DNA of 43,245 nt, from positions 1 through 43,245 of the forward strand of contig CANCCE010000001.1 in the NCBI GenBank assembly GCA_947374505.1, written 5' to 3'. Every line of letters starts with the position of its first letter. The first letter of the stretch is position 1. The position numbers and the translations under genes were made by a program. Origin of the DNA: Comamonadaceae bacterium (GTDB lineage: Bacteria; Pseudomonadota; Gammaproteobacteria; Burkholderiales; Burkholderiaceae_C). The notes below the pieces were generated by a model that was not told the origin of the DNA, searched no databases, and saw only the letters and a program-made list of their open reading frames with translations. Below, piece by piece: positions 36,232 to 43,245 of this stretch.

Positions 36232-38124
36232 ATGTACGTATCAATTTTGGCCTGGCCGCGCGCCGTTAAGCGATTGACCGTGATGGCCTTAGACATTTTT
36301 TTGTCCCTGGCTGCTACCTGGTTGGCCTATACCCTGCGGCTAGATGCCTTCAATTGGCCTCAAGGCGCTCAGTGGTGGGTCTACGGATTAGCACCCGCAT
36401 TGGCATTGCCGGTGTTTATTCGCTTTGGTTTGTACCGTGCCATATTCCGCTACACCGGTCAGGCGGCTCTGACGGCCACGGCCAAAGCGGTGGGCGTCTA
36501 TGGCGTGATGTTGCTGGCCGTGTTGTTACTCGCCGCTTGGCCCGGTGTGCCGCGCAGCTTGGGTGTCTTGCAGCCCTTGCTCTTTTTAATATTGGTGGGG
36601 GCCAGTCGGGCGGCAGCACGTTTTTGGTTGTCAGACCAAGCGCAACGCCTACAGCCGCGTGGCCGATTGCTGATTTATGGTGCTGGCACGGCAGGGGTGC
36701 AAACAGCGGCGGCCATGGGTATCTCCGGGCAGTTCAAACTATTGGGGTTCATTGATGACGACCCGTACAAGGTCGGGCGCAGCATCAATGGCGTGCGGGT
36801 CTATGCGCCAACTGACGCAACAGCGTTGGTCTTGAAAATGGCTGTGACCGATATCTTGCTGGCCTTGCCCAGCGCCACGCGCGGCCGTCGAAAAAACATC
36901 ATTGAAGCCTTGCGCCCATTGCCCGTGCATATTCGAACCTTGCCGGCCTTGGGCGATTTGGCCAGCGGTCGCGTCACCGTACAAGATTTTAAAGACCTGG
37001 ATATTGAGGAACTGCTGGGTCGCGACGCGGTGCCACCGAATACTGAATTATTGGCGCGTAACCTGGCGGGTAAGGTGGTCTTGGTGAGCGGGGCGGGCGG
37101 CAGTATTGGCAGCGAGTTGTGCAGGCAGATTTTGGCTGAAAAGCCGCGTCAGTTATTACTGCTGGACCACAACGAGTTTGGGCTTTACAGCATTCATCAA
37201 GAGTTAGAGGTACTCTGTCTCGCCGGCGGCTTGGCCGTCGATTTATGTCCCTTGCTGGGCAGTGTGGCGCATGCGCACCGATTGCAAGATATTTGCAATG
37301 CATACCGACCCCATGTGGTTTACCACGCTGCAGCCTACAAACATGTACCGCTGGTTGAAAGTAATCCTGCCGAGGGAATTTTTAATAATGTTTTCGGGAC
37401 GCTGAATATGGCTCTGGCAGCACGGGACTGTGGTGCCTCGCATTTTGTGTTGGTGTCTACTGACAAAGCCGTCCGACCGACCAACGTCATGGGCGCCACC
37501 AAGCGCATGGCCGAGTTGGTGCTGCAAAGCTTAGCCCATCAATCAGGTCAAGCCGCCACGACGTTTTGCATGGTTCGCTTCGGCAATGTGCTGGGTTCTA
37601 GCGGCAGCGTGGTACCGCTGTTTCGACGGCAATTGGCTCAGGGCGGGCCGCTGACAGTGACGCATGCTGACGTGACGCGTTACTTCATGACTATTCCAGA
37701 GGCCGCGCAGTTGGTACTGCAAGCCGGAGCCATGGCGACCGGTGGCGATGTATTTGTCCTCGACATGGGTGAGCCGGTGAACATACTCGATCTTGCCCAT
37801 CGCATGGTTGAGTTGTCCGGCCTGCGTGTGCGCAACACCACGCAACCCGATGGGGATATCGAGATTGTGGTGACAGGTTTACGACCAGGGGAAAAACTCT
37901 ACGAAGAGTTACTCATCGGTGACAATCCGACCTCCACCGCCCATCCGCGCATCATGAAAGCACATGAAGATTATTTGAGTTGGGATGACCTGATGGTGCA
38001 ACTCAGTGCACTCAAGAAAGCCGCGTCGACTGGGGACGTCGAATCGATGAAGGCGGTATTGACAGTTTGTGTACTGGGGTATGGGTCAGCCATGGTGCAA
38101 GATGGATTGGTGATAGAACAGTAG
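36232..38124 (+). CDS. Membrane-anchored UDP-GlcNAc 4,6-dehydratase (WbpM/CapD/PglF family)
   Basis: Four N-terminal TM segments, GAGGSIGSE, HAAAYKHVP, STDKAVRPTNVMGATKR, RFGNVLGSSGSV, RPGEKLYEEL. Confidence 0.95.
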   Translation: MYVSILAWPRAVKRLTVMALDIFLSLAATWLAYTLRLDAFNWPQGAQWWVYGLAPALALPVFIRFGLYRAIFRYTGQAALTATAKAVGVYGVMLLAVLLLAAWPGVPRSLGVLQPLLFLILVGASRAAARFWLSDQAQRLQPRGRLLIYGAGTAGVQTAAAMGISGQFKLLGFIDDDPYKVGRSINGVRVYAPTDATALVLKMAVTDILLALPSATRGRRKNIIEALRPLPVHIRTLPALGDLASGRVTVQDFKDLDIEELLGRDAVPPNTELLARNLAGKVVLVSGAGGSIGSELCRQILAEKPRQLLLLDHNEFGLYSIHQELEVLCLAGGLAVDLCPLLGSVAHAHRLQDICNAYRPHVVYHAAAYKHVPLVESNPAEGIFNNVFGTLNMALAARDCGASHFVLVSTDKAVRPTNVMGATKRMAELVLQSLAHQSGQAATTFCMVRFGNVLGSSGSVVPLFRRQLAQGGPLTVTHADVTRYFMTIPEAAQLVLQAGAMATGGDVFVLDMGEPVNILDLAHRMVELSGLRVRNTTQPDGDIEIVVTGLRPGEKLYEELLIGDNPTSTAHPRIMKAHEDYLSWDDLMVQLSALKKAASTGDVESMKAVLTVCVLGYGSAMVQDGLVIEQ

Positions 38125-38189
38125 TTGCATCAAAAGTCCTTGATAATTTATAGTATGGGTGCATTTAATTAACCCCTACAGGAAAAAAC

Positions 38190-38561
38190 ATGAGCAATTT
38201 GATTGATATTCAAAGCCAAATTGAAAAACTCCAAAAGCAGGCCAGTGACATCAAGACCCGTGAATTCGGCAAGACTGTTCAAGAGATACTCGCCAAAATG
38301 CACGCGTTTGGTATCACCGTCAAGGATTTACAGCCGGGTAAACGTCGAAGTGCCAAGGGCAAGCCTGGCGTCAAGACCGCTAAAGCCGCAACTACAGGCA
38401 AGCGCAAACCAGCTGCCGGCCAAAGTGGTCAAGTGGTCGCAGCCAAATACCGTGGCCCGAACGGTGAAACTTGGAGCGGTCGTGGTTTGGCGCCACGCTG
38501 GTTGTCGGCCTTGATCGCCAGTGGTCGCTCCAAAGAAGACTTCGCTATCAAAGCGCCATAA
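38190..38561 (+). CDS. hns: H-NS-family nucleoid protein (Bv3F/BpH3-type)
   Basis: N-terminal coiled coil, AAKYRGPNGETWSGRGLAPRWL. AGGA RBS. Confidence 0.93.
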   Translation: MSNLIDIQSQIEKLQKQASDIKTREFGKTVQEILAKMHAFGITVKDLQPGKRRSAKGKPGVKTAKAATTGKRKPAAGQSGQVVAAKYRGPNGETWSGRGLAPRWLSALIASGRSKEDFAIKAP

Positions 38562-38685
38562 GCAGAAAAGATAAAAAGAAAAGGTGCCCTTGCGCGGGGC
38601 CCTTGGTACAGGTCATCAGCAGTGCGGCACAATTCAAGCTCAACGCATTGAACAACGCATGAACCAACCCACTGACCGGAACCTC

Positions 38686-39582
38686 ATGACCGATCCCGAC
38701 CTTTCCCACGTTGGCCCGCGCGACAAGGCTGAAATCCTGGCGCAGGCGCTGCCCTACATTCGCCAGTTTCATGGCAAAACGCTGGTCATCAAATACGGTG
38801 GCAACGCCATGACGGACCCTGCCTTGCAGGCTGACTTTGCAGAAGACGTGGTGCTGCTCAAGCTGGTCGGCATGAACCCGGTGGTGGTGCACGGCGGTGG
38901 ACCGCAGATTGAAACTGCGCTCAACCGCTTGGGCAAAAAAGGCGAGTTCATTCAGGGCATGCGTGTCACCGATGAAGAAACCATGGAAGTCGTCGAGTGG
39001 GTGCTGGCCGGCCAGGTGCAGCAAGACATCGTCGGCCTGATCAATCAGGCCGGTGGCAAAGCGGTCGGTTTGACGGGCCGCGACGGCGGCATGATCCGTG
39101 CACAAAAACTTCAGATGAGCGACCGTGACGATCCGACCAAGGTGCACGACATCGGCTTTGTCGGCGACATCCTGTCGATTGACCCGAGCGTCGTCAAGGC
39201 ATTGCAAGACGACCAGTTCATCCCGGTCATCAGCCCGATTGGTTTTGGCGAAAACAACGAAAGCTACAACATCAACGCAGACGTCGTCGCAGGTAAGTTA
39301 GCGATTGTGCTTCAGGCTGAAAAGCTGGTGCTGCTGACCAACACGCCTGGCGTCCTCGACAAAGCCGGGAATCTATTGACCGATTTGTCGGCCCGTGAGA
39401 TTGACGAGTTGTTTGCCGATGGCACGATTTCTGGCGGCATGTTGCCCAAGATTGAAGGCGCGCTGGACGCGGCCAAGAGCGGCGTGAATTCCGTGCACAT
39501 CATCGACGGCCGTGTGCCGCACGCCATGCTGCTCGAGATCCTGACCGACCAAGCCTACGGCACCATGATCCGCTCACATTAA
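38686..39582 (+). CDS. argB: Acetylglutamate kinase
   Basis: [45 protein letters not shown]. Start at ATG 38686; 38659 is an alternative. Confidence 0.98.
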   Translation: MTDPDLSHVGPRDKAEILAQALPYIRQFHGKTLVIKYGGNAMTDPALQADFAEDVVLLKLVGMNPVVVHGGGPQIETALNRLGKKGEFIQGMRVTDEETMEVVEWVLAGQVQQDIVGLINQAGGKAVGLTGRDGGMIRAQKLQMSDRDDPTKVHDIGFVGDILSIDPSVVKALQDDQFIPVISPIGFGENNESYNINADVVAGKLAIVLQAEKLVLLTNTPGVLDKAGNLLTDLSAREIDELFADGTISGGMLPKIEGALDAAKSGVNSVHIIDGRVPHAMLLEILTDQAYGTMIRSH

Positions 39583-39595
39583 ATTCAAGCAGTCC

Positions 39596-40204
39596 ATGGC
39601 CGACATTGACGAGATCCCCCCACGTAAGCGCCCCAAGCCAGGCGAACGGCGCGTGCAAATTTTGCAGGCCTTGGCTGGCATGCTGGAGCAGCCCGGTGCT
39701 GAACGCATCACCACCTCAGCGCTGGCGGCCCGGCTCGACGTCAGCGAGGCTGCGCTGTACCGTCACTTCGCCAGCAAGGCGCAAATGTTTGAAGGGCTCA
39801 TCGAGTTCATCGAACAGTCCGTCTTCACGCTGGTGAATCAAATCATTGAGCGCGAAACCGATCCGGCCACGCGCGTTCGTAAGCTGGTGACCATGGTTTT
39901 GCAGTTCGCCGAAAAAAATCCGGGCATGACGCGCGTCATGGCCGGTGACGCGCTGGTGTTTGAAAACGAGCGTCTGCAAGAACGCATGAATCAGTTCTTT
40001 GACAAGCTGGAAAGCACCATCAAACAAAGCCTGCGCGAAGCTGCCACTTCAGACAACGCCGCTGCCCCCACGGTCGACGCGCAAGTGCGTGGCTCTGTCG
40101 TCACCGCCTTGATGATCGGTCGTCTGCAGCGCTTTTCACGCTCAGGTTTTAAGCGCCTGCCCTCAGAGCATCTTGAAGCAAGTCTGGCGCTGGTGTTGCG
40201 CTAA
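39596..40204 (+). CDS. slmA: Nucleoid occlusion factor SlmA
   Basis: RRVQILQALA.MLE, ITTSALAARLDVSEAALYRHF.SKAQMFEGLIEFIE; follows argB. Confidence 0.93.
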   Translation: MADIDEIPPRKRPKPGERRVQILQALAGMLEQPGAERITTSALAARLDVSEAALYRHFASKAQMFEGLIEFIEQSVFTLVNQIIERETDPATRVRKLVTMVLQFAEKNPGMTRVMAGDALVFENERLQERMNQFFDKLESTIKQSLREAATSDNAAAPTVDAQVRGSVVTALMIGRLQRFSRSGFKRLPSEHLEASLALVLR

Positions 40205-40257
40205 GCCAAGCCGCTTATCGTTTATTTTTCGTTAGTCAAAAAGTAGAGGAAAGAGAC

Positions 40258-41106
40258 ATGAAACTCGTTCGTTATGGCAACCCCGGCAAAGAAAAGCCAG
40301 GTCTGATCGATGCCGATGGGAAACTGCGTGACCTGAGCGGCGTCATCAAAGACATCGGTCCTGAGCAACTCAGTGATGCGGCGATGGCCAAGTTGCGCCG
40401 CCTGAAAACCGCCAACCTGCCACTGGTGCGTGGCAAGCCGCGCATCGGTTGCCCGGTCACGGGTGTGGGCAAATTTGTCGCCATCGGTCTGAATTACGCC
40501 GACCACGCCGCAGAGGCGGGCATGCCGATTCCGAAAGAGCCAATTGTTTTCATGAAGGTGCCTTCTTGCATCCAAGGTCCTAATGATCCGGTCATGCTGC
40601 CCAAGAATTCGGTCAAGACCGACTGGGAAGTCGAGCTCGGCATTGTCATCGGCACGCGCGCACGCTACGTGTCTCAAAAAGACGCGCTGAATTTTGTTGC
40701 CGGTTACTGCACCATCAACGACGTCAGCGAACGCGAATTCCAGATCGAGCGCGGCGGCACATGGGACAAGGGCAAGTGCTGCGACACCTTTGGCCCAATC
40801 GGCCCTTGGCTGGTCACGCGCGACGACGTGCCGAACCCGCAAAAGCTGGACATGTGGTTAGAGGTTAACGGTAAGCGCATGCAAACCGGTTCGACCAAGA
40901 CCATGATTTTCAGTGCCGCCAAGATCGTCAGCTACGTCAGCCAGTTCATGACGCTCGAGCCCGGCGATGTCATTTGCACCGGCACGCCTCCCGGCGTTGG
41001 CATGGGCATGAAGCCGCCGACGTTTCTGAAGAAGGGCGACGTCGTGACCCTCGGCATCACCGGCTTGGGCCAACAAAGCCAGACCATCGTGCCGTTCAAA
41101 CTCTGA
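40258..41106 (+). CDS. Fumarylacetoacetate hydrolase family protein (ureidoglycolate lyase-like)
   Basis: AIGLNYADH, DWEVELG, NDVSERE, KGK..DTF.P.GP, PGDVI.TGTP.GVG. Confidence 0.93.
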   Translation: MKLVRYGNPGKEKPGLIDADGKLRDLSGVIKDIGPEQLSDAAMAKLRRLKTANLPLVRGKPRIGCPVTGVGKFVAIGLNYADHAAEAGMPIPKEPIVFMKVPSCIQGPNDPVMLPKNSVKTDWEVELGIVIGTRARYVSQKDALNFVAGYCTINDVSEREFQIERGGTWDKGKCCDTFGPIGPWLVTRDDVPNPQKLDMWLEVNGKRMQTGSTKTMIFSAAKIVSYVSQFMTLEPGDVICTGTPPGVGMGMKPPTFLKKGDVVTLGITGLGQQSQTIVPFKL

Positions 41107-41124
41107 TCGTCATTGATGCTCAGC

Positions 41125-41151
41125 AAAAGGCTCGCTTCGGCGGGCTTTTTT
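41125..41151 (+). terminator. Rho-independent terminator
   Basis: AAAAGGCTCGC-TTCG-GCGGGCTTTTTT. Confidence 0.88.
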
Positions 41152-41169
41152 GTGGCCGTTCAATAGTGC

Positions 41170-41193
41170 AAAATAGAACGGTCGTTCTATTTT
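41170..41193. promoter_or_regulatory. TetR (FadP-type) operator
   Basis: Perfect inverted repeat AAAATAGAACG-GT-CGTTCTATTTT, 12 bp upstream of the TetR gene; resembles the Burkholderiales FadP box. Confidence 0.8.
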
Positions 41194-41205
41194 TTGGAAA
41201 TCACT

Positions 41206-41880
41206 ATGCCGGTCAGTCGCAGCCAGTCCAAGCTCAAGGCACAGCCACAGCCACAGCCACAGCCACAGCCTAAGAGCCCGCTCACGAGTCTACAAAAAGG
41301 CCGGCAGACCAAAGCCGCCATTGTGGACACTGCCCTTGGCTTGGCAGCACAGATCGGTTTGGAAGGTCTGAGCATCGGTGCCGTGTCGGACGCAATGCAG
41401 ATGAGCAAGTCAGGCGTTTTCGCTCACTTTGGGTCGCGTGAAGAGTTGCAGCTATCGGTCGTCCGCGAATACTTCAGGCGCTTTGATGAAGAGGTTTTCA
41501 AGCCCGCACTGATCGAGCCGCAGGGCTTGCCGCGCGTGCGTGCGTTGTTTGCCAACTGGATGCAGCGGGTCGCGGTGGAGCTCAAGTCGGGCTGCATATT
41601 TATCAGTGGTGCGGTTGAGTTTGACGACCGACCCGGACCCGTGCGCGATGCGTTGGCGACAGCAGTACAAACCTGGATGGGCGCTATGCGCCGGTCTGTG
41701 GTGTTGGCCCGCGACGCTGGTCACTTACGGGCAGATGCTGACGCGCATCAAATCGTTTTTGAAATTCACGGGCTGATCCTGGCCCTGCATTACGAGGCAC
41801 GTTTTCTAAAAACACCCGGCTCTATCCAGCGTGCGTTACTGGCCTTCGACGAGATATTGGCGCGTTACGGCAGCACTTAA
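41206..41880 (+). CDS. TetR-family regulator of fatty acid degradation (FadP-like)
   Basis: KGRQTKAAI, GLEGLSIG...MSKSGVFAHFGSREELQ, GCIFISGAVEFDDRPG; heads an acyl-CoA dehydrogenase gene. Confidence 0.92.
   Translation: MPVSRSQSKLKAQPQPQPQPQPKSPLTSLQKGRQTKAAIVDTALGLAAQIGLEGLSIGAVSDAMQMSKSGVFAHFGSREELQLSVVREYFRRFDEEVFKPALIEPQGLPRVRALFANWMQRVAVELKSGCIFISGAVEFDDRPGPVRDALATAVQTWMGAMRRSVVLARDAGHLRADADAHQIVFEIHGLILALHYEARFLKTPGSIQRALLAFDEILARYGST
41241..41270 (+). repeat. In-frame hexamer tandem repeat (ACAGCC)x5 encoding QPQPQPQPQP
   Basis: Five perfect copies read directly in the TetR N-terminal extension. Confidence 0.95.
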
Positions 41881-41920
41881 AGTTCCGATTCATCCCCAAC
41901 CCCTTACACAGGAAATCAAC

Positions 41921-43245
41921 ATGCCCCAGTACAACCCACCCTTGCGTGACATGCAGTTTGTCATGCACGAAGTGCTCAAACTCACCGACGAATTCAAGGC
42001 CATGCCGCAACACGCCGAGGTCGATGCCGAAACGATCAATGCCGTGCTGGAAGAAGCCGGTAAGTTTGCTGCGGAAGTGACTTTTCCGCTCAACATCAGT
42101 GGCGACACCGAAGGCTGTCAGCTCGATATCAGCACGCACGAAGTGACGGTGCCGGCTGGTTTTAAGCCGGCTTACCAGCAGTACGTGGCGGGCGGTTGGG
42201 CGGCTTTGTCGTGCGACCCTGCGTACGGCGGCCAGGGCTTGCCCTTCGCCTTGAACCAGTGCCTGTACGAAATGCTCAACTCCGCCAATCAGGCATGGGC
42301 CATGTACCCGGGGCTGTCGCATGGTGCCTACGAAGCGCTGCACGCCCACGGCACTGAGGCGCAAAAAAAACTTTACCTGCCCAAGCTCACCAGCGGCGAA
42401 TGGACCGGCACCATGTGCTTGACCGAAGCGCACTGCGGCACTGACCTCGGCCTCTTGCGCACCAAAGCCGAACCACAGCCGGACGGCAGCTACGCGCTCA
42501 CCGGCAACAAGATTTTCATCAGCGCGGGCGAGCATGACATGGCGGCCAACATCGTGCACCTGGTGTTGGCGCGCCTGCCTGATGCGCCCGCAGGCAGCAA
42601 AGGCATCAGCCTGTTTGCGGTGCCCAAGTTCAACATCAACGCGGATGGCTCACTTGGTTCGCGCAATGGCATTTTTTGCGGCGGCCTGGAACACAAGATG
42701 GGCATTCATGGCAACGGCACTTGTCAAATGGTGCTTGACGGCGCCGTTGGCACGCTGGTGGGCGCACCCCACAAAGGGCTGGCGGCGATGTTCGTGATGA
42801 TGAACGCGGCCCGCTTGGGCGTTGGCAATCAATCGCTGGGCTTGACGGAAGTGGCCTTTCAAAATGCACTTGCCTACGCCAAAGACCGGTTGCAGATGCG
42901 CTCGCTCTCGGGCGTCAAAGCGCCTTACAAAGCGGCCGATCCGATCATCGTCCACCCCGACGTGCGCAAGATGCTGCTCACCGCCAAAGCCTATGCCGAA
43001 GGTGGTCGTGCGCTGGCCTTGTATTGCACGCTGCTGCTCGACAAGGAGCGGCACCATCCCGACGCCAGCGTGCGCCAGGAATCAGCCGAGATGGTCGCGC
43101 TGCTGACGCCCATCGTCAAAGCCTTCCTCACCGACAACGGCCACATCGCAACGAATGCCTGCCTGCAAGTCTTCGGTGGTCACGGCTTCATCAAGGAGTG
43201 GGGCATGGAGCAGTACGCCCGCGACAACCGCATCAACATGATTTA
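41921..43245 (+). CDS. Long-chain acyl-CoA dehydrogenase (FadE-type), partial, runs off the right edge
   Basis: Manual translation MPQYNPPLRDMQFVMHEVL..., WTGTMCLTEAHCGTDLG, GNKIFISAGEHD, EHKMGIHG, MNAARLGV, QVFGGHGFIKEWGMEQ. AGGA RBS. Confidence 0.95.
   Translation, partial: MPQYNPPLRDMQFVMHEVLKLTDEFKAMPQHAEVDAETINAVLEEAGKFAAEVTFPLNISGDTEGCQLDISTHEVTVPAGFKPAYQQYVAGGWAALSCDPAYGGQGLPFALNQCLYEMLNSANQAWAMYPGLSHGAYEALHAHGTEAQKKLYLPKLTSGEWTGTMCLTEAHCGTDLGLLRTKAEPQPDGSYALTGNKIFISAGEHDMAANIVHLVLARLPDAPAGSKGISLFAVPKFNINADGSLGSRNGIFCGGLEHKMGIHGNGTCQMVLDGAVGTLVGAPHKGLAAMFVMMNAARLGVGNQSLGLTEVAFQNALAYAKDRLQMRSLSGVKAPYKAADPIIVHPDVRKMLLTAKAYAEGGRALALYCTLLLDKERHHPDASVRQESAEMVALLTPIVKAFLTDNGHIATNACLQVFGGHGFIKEWGMEQYARDNRINMI

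Noticed and set aside
1-43245. tRNA, rRNA, CRISPR arrays, integrases or IS transposases
   Set aside because: None recognised on either strand by eye; short or degenerate elements could have been missed.

Overview
Betaproteobacterial chromosome segment, Burkholderiales and most likely Comamonadaceae, judged from the Bug proteins, Bv3F-type H-NS, a FadP-type TetR and the metK-lpxL-lpxL-engB-cytochrome c4-resB-ccs synteny. (1) 1-17700 is an accessory catabolic region that starts where a Cu(+)-ATPase gene is truncated. Module A (290-5600) encodes an HpsN-like HisD paralogue, a LacI regulator, a lambda-crystallin-like dehydrogenase, a Bug receptor and an ICL/PEP-mutase-family lyase. A scar with gene remnants follows (yceI, possibly GGDEF). 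Module B (6357-17183, lower GC by eye) is an IclR-linked CoA-dependent pathway: two Bug receptors, two CoA ligases, an acyl-CoA dehydrogenase, a Cys-less thiolase-like/DUF35 pair, and two hydrolase-fold proteins with non-canonical active sites. (2) 17800-26240 holds core genes: metK with a SAM-II-like riboswitch candidate, two lipid A acyltransferases, engB, cytochrome c4 and system II cytochrome c maturation. (3) 26290-38120 is a surface glycan locus: rfbB-[vapBC]-rfbDAC, a low-GC flippase and GT, a WbiB-like epimerase, an acetyltransferase, a putative GT, a WreU-like phosphoglycosyltransferase and a WbpM/PglF-like dehydratase. No polymerase is visible. (4) 38190-end holds hns, argB, slmA, an FAH-family gene, a FadP-like TetR with its operator and a partial acyl-CoA dehydrogenase. 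The best candidates for undescribed systems are the two catabolic modules and the toxin-antitoxin pair translationally coupled inside the rhamnose operon. All family calls come from motif recognition by eye; no searches were run.
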